The notes: generated by a model not told the origin, from the sequence alone. A stretch of 64,000 bases of DNA from Octopus sinensis (GCF_006345805.1 NC_042999.1:54560001-54624000), one strand, 5' to 3'. Positions 39,490 through 53,786 are shown, numbered from the stretch's first letter. Numbers and translations are program-made.

Positions 39490-39790
39490 TAGAAATAAAA
39501 TGCGACCGCAGCATTTGTATTTGGAGTATGTCATGAATATGTGGATTTGCGAAAGCATTGGTTCTCATGAAGATATTTTCACAAAAGGGAAGAAAATTGA
39601 AGCTGGTCTGGCCATAGAACAAAATCCAACAACGTTGCGAAAGGACATTCTTCTACAAGAAACCGTGGAGCGAAAAGAAGTAGAGGGTGACAGACAAAAA
39701 GAAAAGTTAGACAACGTCAAGAAATGAAGGAACAAATTGTTAGCGGAGACCCGAGCTGGCGTACAACCGTGCGAGAGAGAGGAAACTAGT
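39490..39790 (+). pseudogene. Old RTE LINE C-terminal fragment
   Basis: GSHEDIF..RKLK..GH..AKDILLQETVE..DNVKK..AETRAG-like, frameshifted. Confidence 0.55.
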
Positions 39791-39909
39791 AACCAATTTG
39801 TTACTTCAGTATCTCTATAACTCAATTGAAAGTTGAGGGCAAGACATGAGGGTAATGTGCGGCCATACAAGACCGCTGATCCATTCGTACATTCGTGCAT
39901 CTCAATAAT

Positions 39910-40329
39910 AATTTCGAATTTATACCACAAGAGGATGAGTCGATTACATAGACACCAGTGTTCAACTGGCATTTGTTTTATCAACCCAGAAAGGACGAAA
40001 AGCAAAGTCGACCGCGGCGGAATTTAAACTCAGAACGTAACGGCAGACGAAATACGGCTACGCATTTCGCCCGGCGTGCTAACGTTTCTGCCAGCTCGCC
40101 GCTTTGTGTATACTCTTTCTCTTTTACTTGTTTCAGTCATTTGAGTGTGGCCATGCTGGAGCACCGCCTTTAGTCGAGCAACTCGACCCCGGGACTTATT
40201 CTTTAGTAAGCCCAGTACTTATTCTATCGGTCACTTTTGCCGAACCGCTAAGTAACGGGGACATAAACACACCAGCATCGGTTGTCAAGCAATGCTAGGG
40301 GGACAAACACAGATACACAAACACACACA

Positions 40330-40411
<82 letters not shown>

Positions 40412-40577
40412 TACGACAGGCTTCTTTCAGTTTCCATCTACCAAATCCACTCACAAGGCTTTGGTCGGCCCGAGGCTATAGTAGAAGACACTTGCCCAAG
40501 GTGCCACGCAGTGGGACTGAACCCGAAGCCATGTGGTTGGTAAACAAGCTACTTACCACACAGCCACTCCTGTGCCT
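39910..40577 (-). mobile_element. Adjacent SINE B (39910-40102) and full SINE A (40113-40577)
   Basis: Homology to family copies. Confidence 0.9.
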
Positions 40578-41070
40578 ATATCTCTATAATAACACAAGTT
40601 AATCTTGTTGCTGAAGGATGAAGCTGATGTTCCTTATGTACTGCAGAAAAAACATTAAAAAAATTCTTCGTGAGTCTTCTACAATAAGCTTATATATAAA
40701 ATAAACTATATAAAGATGAAGTTAGCGGATGAGATCATATCAATGTAATAACAGTAGGATATATTTCAGGGTTTTGATGAGGTTTAGCTTGAAGGTTTAC
40801 TGTTAAAATCCCTAGTATAAGTTGAGTCAACCGGAGAGTTCCCATAGGGGGTCAAACAAACTGCAAGAAATAGCAACCGAATTGTTACTATTTTAACAAG
40901 AAGGATACACTAGATAATGTAATCCTAGATAAACTATGACTGAAAAACATCTGTAGTGACAACCATTTTTTTATCTTGATGTTTTTTTTTTTATCTGTGC
41001 AGAGCTAAAATGAGACTAAACAGCAACAATTATTATTATTATTATTATATTATTATTATTATTATTATTA

Positions 41071-41100
<30 letters not shown>

Positions 41101-41103
<3 letters not shown>

Positions 41104-41320
41104 GGCAGCGAGCTGGCAGAATAGTTAGCACACTGGACGAAATGCTCAACGGTAGTGCGCCCGTCGCTACGCTCTGAATTCAAATTCCGCCAAGGTCTAC
41201 TTTGCCTTTCATTCTTTCGGGGTCGAATTAAGTAAGTACCACTGAAACATTGGGGTCGATGTAATCGACTAGTCCCCTTCCCCCAAAATTTTAGACCTTG
41301 TGCCTTTAGTAGAAAGGGTT
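41101..41320 (+). mobile_element. SINE family B, tail type 2, in (ATT)n
   Basis: B core then ccccaaaattttagaccttgtgcctttagtagaaagggttatt; similar copies at 23675, 25310, 56180 and 57370. Confidence 0.85.
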
Positions 41321-41390
41321 ATTGTTTTCATTATCATCTTTCAATTCTGTTTCCATTTCTTGCCGAGTGTCTTCATGACACCTAGGACAG

Positions 41391-41432
<42 letters not shown>

Positions 41433-41505
41433 TATTATTATTATTATTATTATTATCATTATTATTATTATTATTATTACTCCTACTACTACTACTACTA
41501 CTACA

Positions 41506-41552
<47 letters not shown>

Positions 41553-41961
41553 CACTACTACTACTTCTTAATGAACAATGTGTTTTGTTTTTCCTTCCCA
41601 ATGAAAAGTTAGAGAGAGGGAAATAAAAGGTGAAATTTCCTTTCGCTTATAAAGAATTTCTTTACAGATTTATAAAAATTGGAATAGGTAAGGTCGTACA
41701 TACCTTTGCCTTGTTTTTTGTTGTTGTTGTTTTTTGCATCTTCAACATCGTCCCCATCAACGTCGTCGTCATCATCGTCATCATTACCACCACCATCACC
41801 ACTGCCATCGTCAGCGGCACGGAAGCAGCATTACTTTCAGTTATGTATTTATTTACATTTATATATTGTTTATACTTTTGTATGTATGTGTGTGTGCATG
41901 TGTGTACGTAATATAATTATCTATATATGTATATACATACATACACACGCACACACTCACA

Positions 41962-42036
<75 letters not shown>

Positions 42037-42208
42037 ATGTATGTATGTATGTATGTATGTATATATATATATATATATACACATACATACCACTATATAC
42101 ACGTATGCTTATATACACCTCTGTATACATATGATCCTTTGTACATATAATGGAAAACAAACTGACAGAAAAGTTGAAAGATCCCATTAATTTATGATTA
42201 GGGATGGT

Positions 42209-42243
<35 letters not shown>

Positions 42244-42296
42244 TTCTCTCTATCTCTCTATCTCACTTTCTTTCTCTCTCTCTCTCTCTCTGACTT

Positions 42297-42336
<40 letters not shown>

Positions 42337-42561
42337 CACACATGCGCGCACACAGATGGAGCGGTGAGACCCTTTAAGGAACAGCACTATTGACCCAGAT
42401 TGTATCTCCGCTATTGTTACCCTGGTCCCTGCCGAACCCAACAACAAGTAACCAAACACCAGAAGACTAGATTAGATGTGTTTCTTACATTATAAACGTC
42501 GCTGGTGCCTTATTCTTATTTTTGTTGTCATTATTATTGTTGTTGTTACTATTGTTATTGC

Positions 42562-42605
<44 letters not shown>

Positions 42606-42654
42606 CCATTATTATCATTATTTATTAAATTATTATTATTATTATTATTATTAC

Positions 42655-43050
42655 TAAGTCGGTGAGCTGGTAGAAACGTTAGCACGCCGGGCGAAATGCT
42701 CAGCGGTATTTCGTCTGGCGCTACGTTCTGAGTTCAAATTCCGCCGAGGTCGACTTGCCTTTCATCCTTTCGGGGTCGATAAATTAAGTACCAGTTACGC
42801 ACTGGCGTCGATATAATCGACTTAATCCGTTTGTCTGTCCTTCTTTGTCCCCTCTGTGTTTAGCCCCTTGTTGGTAGGAAAGAAATAGGTATTTTTCCCG
42901 CCGCTACGTTCTGAGTTCAAATTCCGCCGAGGTCGACTTTGCCTTTCACCCTTTCGGGGTCGATAAATTAAGTAGCAGTTACGCACTGGGGTCGATATAA
43001 TCGACTTGCCCCGCCCCCGAACTTGCTGGCCTTGTGCCAAAATTCGAAAT
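42655..43050 (+). mobile_element. Composite/dimeric SINE B (core+tail 1, then core+tail 2)
   Basis: Second core begins at ..aaagaaatag|gtattt. Confidence 0.85.
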
Positions 43051-43080
43051 AATTATTATCATTACTATTATTGTTGTTGT

Positions 43081-43440
43081 TAAGGCGACAAGCTGGCTGG
43101 AACGTTAGCACGCCGGGCAAAATGCTTGGCTGCGTTTCGTCTGCGTCAGTTCAAATTCCGGTGAGGTCAAATTCCGGGGTCGGGTCGTTAAATTAAATAC
43201 CAGTCAAACACTGAGATCGATGCAATTAACGAGTCCTCTACCCCAAAATTTCAAGCCTTGTGCCCTTAGTATTTCTTTATTGCCCACAGGGGGCTAAACA
43301 TAGAGAAGACAAACAAGGACAGACAGAAGGTTTAAGTCAATTACATCGACCGCAGTGCGTAACTCGTACTTATTTAATCGATCCCGAAAGGATGAAAAAC
43401 AAAGTCGACCTCGGCGGAATTTGAACTCAGAACGTAAAGG
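43081..43440. mobile_element. Tail-to-tail SINE B pair (+43081-43270, -43271-43440)
   Basis: Homology to the B core in opposite orientations. Confidence 0.8.
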
Positions 43441-43442
43441 AT

Positions 43443-43821
43443 TAATACCTCCTCCTTAGCGAAGACGGGGGTATTGTTTTCAGTTGTGTTTGTTTGTTTT
43501 TTTTTGTCTGTGGACAAGATATCTCAAGAACTGCCGGATGGATTCTGATGAAACTTTCAGGAATGTTTGGCCACATGACTGACACGAACTGATTAGATTT
43601 TGGGATCGATCCAGTGCAGGATAAGAATTCTGGATTATTTTTCTTGTTTTTTTTTTGTTTTTTTTTCTTAATTTTCAAGAACAGTCGTGTTCATTTTTAG
43701 TATTCTCGTTTGTGAGAGCAGTCGAGTTTATTCAGATATTCTCATTTTAAAAATCATCTCTGGCTAATCGTTGAGAGGACGCTGGTGTTGCCTTGGCAGT
43801 GGATGCGCTCTCTGAGTGCTC
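43443..43821 (+). mobile_element. Helentron-associated non-autonomous element (HINE/DINE-like)
   Basis: 5' palindromic subTIR acctcctccttagcgaagacgggggt; (gttt)n tract; 3' subTIR ccttggcagtgg; terminal hairpin gcgctc-tct-gagtgc. Confidence 0.7.
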
Positions 43822-43948
43822 TTATTATTATTATTATTATCGCTTTACTTCTCAGAACGTTCGGTCCTGTTTGTTCTGGTAGATTCTGTGAAAGCAGAGA
43901 GCAACCTGCTGTCAGAGGTTTCAAGGGTCTCTTTCATTATTATTATTA

Positions 43949-43994
<46 letters not shown>

Positions 43995-44247
43995 TATTAT
44001 TATTATTATTTATTATTATTATTACTACTACTATTCCTAGTAGTAGTAGTAGTTGTTGTTGGTGTTGTTGCTGTTGTTGTTGTTGTTGTTGTTGTTGTTG
44101 TAGTAGAACTGTTGCTGTGTGTAGTGTTATAGATGGAGGTAAATTGTATTTCATACTTATTTTCGTGTGTGTATATATGTGTTATATACGCTTTGCCTTT
44201 AATGCCATTGTGTATGTCTTATGAGCATAACACATACTTCAGCATAT

Positions 44248-44292
<45 letters not shown>

Positions 44293-44685
44293 ATTATATA
44301 TTATATATATATATATATATACACATATTTAAATGTGTATCTGTGTATTTATATACACATTGTTATATATATGTTTTTATCTTGACATGAAGAACTAAGA
44401 GGTTCAGCCTTCTGTTCATTTATCGTTTTTTTAGTGAATGCTAGGATGAGACGAAATAGGTTAAAACTAAATTAATATCAACATCATCATCATCATCATC
44501 AACAACAACAACAGCATCAATTTGAAGCTAAATAATAAAAATAAACGGAATCTAAAAGAAAGATGGAAGAATAACAACAATAAATATAAATAATGGAAGA
44601 ATCCATTGGAGTGACGGCAATAAACTGATAGATGTTGTTTTAGTGGATGTTGTTATAAAGGTGTGTGTATTAAGAGAGAACAGCA

Positions 44686-44735
<50 letters not shown>

Positions 44736-44897
44736 ATAAATATATGGTAGGGGAAATGTCGGGCTTAAGGTGAGGTGAATGCATTGAAGGTTTTCAATAT
44801 GCCCATTGAACATACGAACACATCATAAGGTGCATTTGTATATGTGCGTGAGCTGTCACGTATATGAACATATGAAAATATTTACATGCATATGTAT

Positions 44898-44954
<57 letters not shown>

Positions 44955-45400
44955 ATGAAAAAACAAACCAATAAATTGAACAATTATAAATTCAATTCAA
45001 TTTAAATATTTTATACAAACAAATGAAACTTCATTAATAAAACGAAGTTTTCGAAGAATGATCAAATCCATTTAAATATGTAATGATGCTTAATGAGATT
45101 AACATACCTTCTTAATTATTTAATATCCTTTAGGTGTAGTTTACACCTAGCTAACTGTTATATGAACACACATACATGTATATACATAAATATATATATA
45201 TGAACATATGACTATATATATGAATATATGTGTGAGTATATATATATATATATATTCTGTATTTATTGTATAAACTACCCGTCGATGAAGAGCACCAATA
45301 ATGTCGAAGCTTTTCTAAAGTGCTAACTACGGCTACAAAATATCAAATACTCCTCTTTCTCATCCCCTCTTTCTCACTCCCTCTTTCTCACTCCTTTTTT

Positions 45401-45475
<75 letters not shown>

Positions 45476-46007
45476 TACACTGCCTGAGTATTTCGAATTT
45501 CCTCACCGCTAATGACTTTTCCTCGTTAGAGTTTTAATTTAAATTAATTAAAAATTATTTTCGGCTCACCGTTTCAACCCTCACTCAGCTTCCTCTCTAT
45601 CTATATCAAGTAGTAAATGTGTGTGTGTGCGCGCAGCGATATCTGTGTGTGTGTATGCGTGTGCGGAGTGTGTGTGTGTGTGCGTGTGCGTGCGCACGTC
45701 TGTCTGTATGAGTGTGTGTGTGTGTGTGTGCGTGTACGCACACATGTGTGTGTATGAGTGCGTATGTGAGTGTGCGTGTGTGTGTGTTTAAAAATATATA
45801 TCTTCCCGTGTATTTCTTTCCATCGTAGACACATGACTTTCAAAGAATTTTAGACAAATAGCAACAGGGCAGTTACGTACGTATGTCGGCGGAGGCGGCT
45901 TCTACACGGTTCCGCCTATTTCTTTCCTCGTTGTAGTACCATGAGAACAGATGAGTATATATATATATATATATATATTATATAATATATATATATATAT
46001 ATATATA

Positions 46008-46230
46008 TTGGGTCATCCTATAATAATGCGGTTTTTTCAATTGCATGCAATAAAAGTCGGAGGGGGGCGGGATAAACTACCTGCATCAACTTGCTATAAA
46101 AGCAGGTAGTAATTTTACCTTGTGCTTATTCTTGGTGCAAATTTTGAAGAGTACACTTCGATTATAAGTTATTTTTTCAAAGCTATAATGGAAGGAACAA
46201 AGGACAATATTCGGCATATTTTATTTGAAG
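46008..46230 (+). mobile_element. Mariner 5' end in (TA)n
   Basis: TA-ttgggtcatcc TIR-like start; ATG 46188 MEGTKDNIRHILFE. Confidence 0.65.
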
Positions 46231-46618
46231 AGTGAGAGGATAATGGGGAAAAAAGGGAGAGAAAGATGAAGGAGAAGTGGGCTGCAATAGATTGTGTGCA
46301 GTGCATGCACCAGTGAAATATAAAAATGATATAAACGTAAGCTTTAAACAAAAATCGAAAAGGAAGTTTTAACGCTGAAAAGGGAGGGAAAGAGTGTTAA
46401 CGCTTCGGACCTGTTGTCTTTAATATTCTTCATAAACAGACAGACGGACAGAAAATAAGCCTTCAAAGGATTATATAGTTTGATTCATTAATTGGAGTAT
46501 TTGCAGCATCATCTCAATTTAACCAAGACAAAATATATGAAGAAAAATAAACATTCATCCTAGCTAAAATTTCGAAGTTAATCTATTTTAGTCAAACACG
46601 CTACATAATCATCAAATA

Positions 46619-46710
46619 CAAAGGAATCTCGGTTCGTTACTCGAGACTCTATTCATCACCCGAGACGTTTTATGTTTAAAAAAGATTGTTCGTAAACCGA
46701 GATCCCACTG
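46619..46710. mobile_element. Short Tigger-like MITE
   Basis: TA-caaaggaatctcggtt ... aaccgagatcccactg-TA. Confidence 0.55.
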
Positions 46711-47230
46711 TATTGTATTTAATCTTTTAAAAATTTGGAACAATTCCATCGTATAAGGCCCCGAAATTATAGTTTTTCTACTAAAAGATCCTCTTAGTTG
46801 AGTTTATAAAATAGGAAAGCCACAGCAATCCTTGCCTACAGTATTTAAAATCTTTGTAAACGACAAAACTTTTTTTCTCTTCCTTATTAAAACGTCTGTA
46901 TCGTTGACAAAGAGTTGCGGGAAGTAATTATCTGACTATTTGTTGGTGATACATAATAGTTTTAGCTTTGGAATAATGAAGTGACAAAGAGAGAAGCCAT
47001 TACACAATGCCTGCATAATTATTGACCTATATAGATACTAAATAAACTAATTAGTGTAACCTAGATCTTACAATAATAACTAACAACAACAATAAGATAC
47101 AATGGAAGCGTCCAGACGACATCTCTCGCGCCCACACACACAGGCGCTCGGTTTGTACGCAGAGGGTCCAGTGGTTGAATGTGTGTATGTGTGTGTACAT
47201 ATATGAGTATGTGTGTGTACATATATGAGT

Positions 47231-47296
<66 letters not shown>

Positions 47297-47434
47297 AGGA
47301 AGGAAGGGAGGAAACCAAACCAAACCAAAGTGCTTAATCATAAACACTAAAGAGACTGCGTAGCTAAAGATACGGTCTTCATAATTGAACACTGGAATAC
47401 ATTAAACCTTTATTTTAATTTCAATTGTCGTTGT

Positions 47435-47837
47435 AAGGCGACGAGCTGGCAGAATCGTTAGCACGCCGGGCGAAATGCTTAGTGGTATTTTGTCTGCCGT
47501 TACATTCTGAGTTCAAATTCCGCCGAGGTCGACTTTGCCTTTCATCCTTTCGGGGTCAATAAATTAACTACCAGTTGCGCACTGGGGTCGATGTAATCGG
47601 CTTAATCTGTTTGTGTCTCCTTGATTGTCCTCTCTGTGTTTAGCCTCTTGTGGGTAGTAAAGAAATGGAAATAGGTAGTTCGTCTGTCTTTACATTCTGA
47701 GTTCAAATTCCGCCAATGTCGACTTTGCCTTTCATCCTTTCGGGGTCAATAAATTAAATACCAGTTGCGTACTAGGGTCGATCTAATCGACTGATCCCCC
47801 ATCCCTCAAAATTTCGAGCCAAAAATAGAAAAGAATA
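47435..47837 (+). mobile_element. Composite/dimeric SINE B with 14-bp TSD
   Basis: tcaattgtcgttgt at 47421-47434 and 47838-47851; same internal junction as 42655-43050. Confidence 0.9.
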
Positions 47838-48939
47838 TCAATTGTCGTTGTTGTTGCTATTGTTTAGTGCCAGGTCAGTTCTGACCCAGTGGAAGTATAA
47901 TAAAAGGCGTTCCAACCATGATCATACCACTTTTTCTTATGTAGAGTATATCTTCCCCAACGTTATCCAATGAGCTCTTCCATTATTAACACTGTATCTG
48001 GATAGATTTTGCTACTATTTCTAGCAGGTCGAACCACCATCTATAGCTGAAATTAAGAAATGTTTATCTCGTGGGCCTTGAAGTGTCACGAAGACGAAAA
48101 CATTTACTTTTGAAATGTATGTTAAAATGTAAAATAATCATAAATATGTTATACAGTAAAGCAAAAGGGCCACAACATCACATTTTGGCACAAGGCCAAC
48201 AAGTTCGGCAGAGGGGTAAGTCGTTAGCTTCGACCCCAGTTTTCAGCTGGTATCTATTTGCTCGATCACGAACGGAGGAAAATCAAAGTCTGCCTCAGCG
48301 GAATACGAACTCTGAACGAACCGACGGACGAAATACCGCTAAATATTTTGTCCGGCATTCTAACGATTCGGCCAGTTCGCCGCCTTATAACACCCCATTT
48401 ATCACAGACACAAACCGAAATACGTTTCTCCAAGAAGATGAACAAACTTTTGAGAGTGTTTAATTATTTGGGAATTGTTCTTTCTCATGTTTTACTTGTT
48501 TCAGTTATTTGCCTGCGGCCATGCTGGGGCACCACCTTCTATGTTTTGTCTTTTTTTTAAGCGGTATTTATTCTATCTGTGCTTTTTGTTGAACTGTTAA
48601 GTTACAAGGGTAGAAAACCAACACCAGTTGTCAAGCGAAGGGGCTTCCACACAGTTTTCGTCTATCAAATTCATAACAAGGCATTGGGACAGAAGACATT
48701 TTCCCAACGTGCAGCCCAAAGTAACTGAATCCGAAAGCCCTTGTGCCATACTTGACGAGATTTCAATATTTTAATAAATAGGTACCAGAGAGGATTCTTG
48801 AATTGTCAAAAATGGGTTGGCAGTGGTAAAAGATTGCCTTTTGATGGTTGGAACGTTGTATTGTAAAATGGAAAGATATCTCCATTGATAAAAAATATAT
48901 ATGAAACTTTATCAAAATATATATCAAAACTTAATGTAA

Positions 48940-49220
48940 AGCCTTCAGATCATAATCTTCTTTAGTCGATCTTCGGTAATCTACGAGACAATTCGTTCTG
49001 CAACGACTTAGAGCTTAACACGTGGATCGATGAATTCTTCGAGTGCAAGACCCAATGATTTCGAATATGAAGACATTCAAGACATTGACCAAGTTGGTGG
49101 AATGTTGGCAGCAAATTATGAATAGTGAAGGAGAAAATATTATTGACTGATTTTGTTAAAATTGTTAATGAAAGGTAAGGATAAAAATAAATGAGAAAAA
49201 AATTTAGCTCCCAACCATAT
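48940..49220 (+). pseudogene. Mariner transposase C-terminal remnant
   Basis: PSDHNLL..LNTWIDEFF..KLVECWQQIMNSEGENIID*. Confidence 0.7.
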
Positions 49221-49671
49221 ATATAGTTAAAATTTATAGAAAAACACGACAACAGGTGAAGGAACAAGCGAGTATATAAGTCTGACGCTCAGAAGAATGG
49301 AGAGGTCTTCTACACAAACAAACGTAAACACATGCGTAAGTAGATAAACATACATAGACACACACATATGTGTGTGTAAGTATGTGTGTGCGTATATATA
49401 TATATATCGGAGCAATACACTTAATTGCAATGGCTCTTCAGATAAGACACGAAAATACGACAGGGTGCCCACGTGACATGAATATGATTAAACATCTTTG
49501 CTTACAATCCAATAGTTAAACTAAGTCATTGTTCATTATTCATAGTAAGTCGCAGCGAAATCAGACAACCTTTTCTTCCGAGATATTTTGTTTCGGCCAC
49601 ATAGGAATGAAAATGTCAAGAAGATTTAGCGTACGACCCAATAAATTAGATACTGAAATTTTACAAACCGA

Positions 49672-49755
<84 letters not shown>

Positions 49756-49780
49756 ACTTTTACAAGAAAAAAGGGACAGT

Positions 49781-49816
49781 GTCTGACGTTTCGGCTTGCT
49801 AACTTTCATCAGACTC
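49781..49816 (-). ncRNA. Minimal hammerhead motif (Penelope-type), stems decayed
   Basis: gagt-CTGATGA-a-agtt-agca-agcc-GAAAC-GTC-agac. Confidence 0.45.
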
Positions 49817-49879
49817 TCCGACAAAGGCTAATATTTTTTTAAGTACTCTCATCACTGTTCTTGTTAAAGTTTAATAAAC

Positions 49880-50272
49880 ACGTAGGAGTGGCTGTGTGGT
49901 AAGTATCTTGCTTACCAACCATATGCTTCCGGGTTCAGTCCCACTGGCACCTTGGGCAAGTGTCTTGTAGTATAGCCTCGGGCCGACCAAAGCTTTCTGA
50001 GTTGATTTGGTAGACGGAAACCGAAACAAGTCCGTCGTATATATGTATGTATATGTATGTGTGTATATATGTTTGTGTGTCTGTTTGTCCCCGCCAACAT
50101 CGTTTGACAACCGATACTGGTATGTTTACGTTCCCGTAACTTAGCGGTTCGGCAAAAGGAACCGATAGAATAAGTACTAGGCTTACAAAGAATAAGTCCT
50201 GCGGTCGATTTGCTCGACTAAAGGCGTTGCTCCAGCATGGCCGCAGTCAAATGACTGAAACAAGTAAAAGAA
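49880..50272 (+). mobile_element. SINE family A, full length
   Basis: Homology to family; degenerate copies also at 10225, 48490, 59060 and 61753. Confidence 0.9.
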
Positions 50273-50389
50273 AGTTTGTACTCTACTAAAAAGTACTGAG
50301 TAATTCTTCAGTTTAACATAAAATTGTTTTTATTATAACTCGACATAAAACAGTTATATATGCGTGTGTGTGTGAGCGTATGTATACAT

Positions 50390-50950
50390 ACAAATCGTCA
50401 GTAAACCATAAATCCGAAAGAGAAGCACACTCTAAATTAAAGAGCAGTAGAGTAATTAAATAAAGATGGCTATGGCCGGTCTATGGATTTACCCAGGGGT
50501 TTGCGTCCATAAAGCGCTTACTTTTACAACGACTCGATAGACAATAACCTCTTCAAAATGGAGGCAGAAAAGACCTTCAATAAAGCTACTTATTGAACAT
50601 ACAGACAAAGAAGAGTTAAGTGCAAGGGGTTGTCTCTCTTAGACCCATATTCGTAGTCGATGTGGTTGGCTTGTGAATTCCAGGAATTCAGTAGGAATCT
50701 CCTGGCGTGTAAGCAGGGTCCGAAACTTCCGTCCTGAAATTTAAGATGTTCTCCGAGTCGATAGTGTTCTTTAATGTTCTCACCCGCTCGGCTATGCACA
50801 GCTTGCAACACTTGCTCCCGTTGATGTAGAGGCCTGATTTTTCTAGGATCTTCCATGAAATTACGCATGGAGTCTCTTCATCCTTCAGATGCCATATGTG
50901 GCTGGTCAACGACGTGGCGTATCGTCTTTCTATAGCATCCTGAACGAGGA
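50390..50950 (-). pseudogene. Penelope-like element, GIY-YIG C-terminal region and 3' end
   Basis: TSLTSHIWHLKDE..ISWKILEK..NGSKCCKLCIAE..ILNFRTEV..CLH matches the typical PLE C-terminus. Confidence 0.8.
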
Positions 50951-51440
50951 CCTGTGGTTAGAGAGGCGCTGCTTGAAGGTGTTTCCCGAACAACCAATGT
51001 ATCTTTGAATATTGCTGCTAGCGATGCTGCTTCTATTGATATTGATGACGCTGCTACTTCCGCTATTGTTGCTACTGATGGTGTTGGTACTGGTGCTAGA
51101 GTCGTTACTGCTGGCATAGGAGGTTCATCATCGGTGACGATGTTGGTACAGGCGCTGTTGGTGCTGCTATAACTGTCGTCGTTGCTGTTGGAGCTATTAT
51201 CAGTGCTATATTGCTGGTCGACGTGTATGTGTGTATATATGTATGCATTCATGTATTCCCATCCCAAATAGAGACGAGTATCAATATTTTGATGTGGCAA
51301 GCCTAGACGATACCATTGGTTGCCTTGTTAACCTATAATGAAAGAATATTTATCCACCAATGCAGTGTTGAACAGTCATCCTCACTGCTCGATATTAGCA
51401 TATATATATATATATATTAGCATATATATATATATATATA

Positions 51441-51670
51441 TAAGGCGAGCTGGCAGAAACGTTAGCACGCCGGGCGAAATGCGTTGCCGTATTTCGTCTG
51501 CCGTTACGTTCCGAGTTCAAATTCCGCCGAGGTCGACTTTGCCTTTCATCCTTCCGGGGTCGATAAATTAAGTACCAGTTACGCACTGGGGTCGAAGTAA
51601 TTGACTTAATCCGTTTGTCTGTCCTTGTTTGTCTCCTCTGTGTTTAGCCCCTTGTGGGTAGTAAAGAAAT
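51441..51670 (+). mobile_element. SINE family B, full length, tail type 1
   Basis: Near-consensus copy within (TA)n. Confidence 0.9.
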
Positions 51671-52909
51671 ACATATATATATATATATATATAGATATAT
51701 ATATATAGAGAGAGAGAGAGAGCGTGTGATGTGTATATATTCTATATATGTATAGAAGGAGAGGGTATGTGTTTGAATATATAATTAAAAGTGGTTTTGT
51801 GGCAAGAATATATTAAATTTGGTCAAAATTAACAGGAAATTATATGAATACAACGGAAGAAGTGATCAAGTTAAATCAATTCAAATTCGTCAACAAATTG
51901 TTTCCTTTCTATCAATCTCTGCATAAAATGTCTATAATTAAATAATTAAATAATCGGCTTAATTATACAATTGTTGAAGTTGAAGACCAGAGCTAAGTTT
52001 TGAATAGATTCCGGGAAATGTTGAGTGAAAGAAGACGTTACATGTGGAAATAATTATGAGCAAACAGATGTCTGATTAAATAATGTTGTTTCACTGTTAT
52101 TTTATTTGTGTTGGAAGAGTGTATGGAATGGTTGTAGAGGAGAAGGAAGAGAGGGGTTGTTGAAGAAAACGGCGAAGACCACACAACAAGAGTGGTCAGT
52201 AAAATGGCGGCGTTGCAATTAACAACAATGGTGTGTAATAACAGCAGATGGTGGGGAGGAATATAGACACCGCCACAACATTGGTAATAACAGAAGTTTA
52301 GAGGAGGGGGGAGTGGGGGAAGAATGTGCGGAGAGGAGGAGGACATAGAAGAGGAAGAAGAAAAAGAATATGAGGGTAAGAAGCAGGATGACGACGAGAA
52401 GAAGAAGAAGAAAAAGAAGAAGAACGGTAGTCTGTTACACATTAAAGGAGATGAGATTAAATTTTCGCCGTTTAAAGAAACAAACACACACCCTCGACTT
52501 AAACAAGCAACTTTATTTTTCACTAGTTCTGGGGCCCACAAAATAAATAATGGTTAATTTAAGCAAGTCGATCCAGCTAACAAGAAGTGGAGTCTATGTC
52601 AAATGAAAAGGAAATTGTTATTTATAAAGAGACATAAGCGGTTGTAAGACATGAAGGCGGACATCTTTATAAGATATGCGTCTACCAAATAGAAGCCGTA
52701 AGCGGGCAGGATGTGAAGAAATGGCGCTAAGATGACCAAATAATGTTTGCTTTTAGAAAGTAAAGAAATTGTCGTAATTTCCGGGTGTGTGGAACGAGGG
52801 AAATGTTTAGATACAGAAATTTGGTTGATTGACCGAACGATCAATCAAGCATTCGATTACCTTATTGATTAAATAGTTAACTAGATGACTAGTAGTAGTA
52901 GTGGTCCTT

Positions 52910-53460
52910 TCTGTTATAGGCACAAGGGCCTGAAATTTTAGGGCAACTGGGAGAGTCTGAAGTTCTAGGAGAAGCGGAGGTGGTCGATTACATCGATCCA
53001 TTGATCGACTAATGTTATAGGGTTTCGAAAAGATGAAAGGCAAAGCCGACCTCGACAGAATTTGAACTCAGAACGTAATGAGCCGGAAGAGATGCCGCTA
53101 AGCATTTAATCCGGCGTGCCAACGATTCTGCCAGCTCGGTGCCTTAATAATAATGATAATTTATCTCTTTATTGCCTACAGGGGTCTAAACATAGCGGGG
53201 ACAGTCAAGGACAGACAATGGGATTAAATCGATTACATCGACCCCAGTGTGTAACTGGTACTTATTTAATCGACTCTGAAAGGATGAAAGGCAAAGTCGA
53301 CCTCGGCAGAATTTGAACTCAGAACGTAGCGGCAGACGAAATACCGCTAAACATTTCGCGCGGGTTGCTACCGATTCTGCCAGCTAATTTTTTCTACTCT
53401 AGGCACAGGGCCCGAAATTTTGGGGGAGGGGGCCAGTCGATTAGATCGACTCCAGTACGC
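52910..53460 (-). mobile_element. Cluster of three SINE B pieces
   Basis: Reverse B cores/tails at 52910-53140, 53160-53385 and 53390-53460. Confidence 0.8.
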
Positions 53461-53739
53461 AATAATAATAATAATAATAATAATGATAATAATAATAATA
53501 ATAATGATAATAATAATAATAATAATGATAATAATAATAATAATAATAATGACAAAAGAAGTGAATTAGAACTAGACGTGTGTTATTATTGGTGTAATGA
53601 TCTTCCCAGCTCACAATAAAATAAAACACGACAATAAAACACGACTTTACATCAAGAACCTTGCAAAAATAAAACCTAAAAAACGCGAAATATAATACAG
53701 AGCCTATAGAATACGTGTTAAACACGAACGAAGAACATC

Positions 53740-53786
<47 letters not shown>

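Noticed and set aside
42356-42452. Possible host exon after a CT tract
   Set aside because: All three frames from the obvious acceptor hit stops; the alternative 23-codon frame is unrecognisable.
50470-50560. Hammerhead at the end of the Penelope fragment
   Set aside because: Position fits, but both core halves are too mutated to call.
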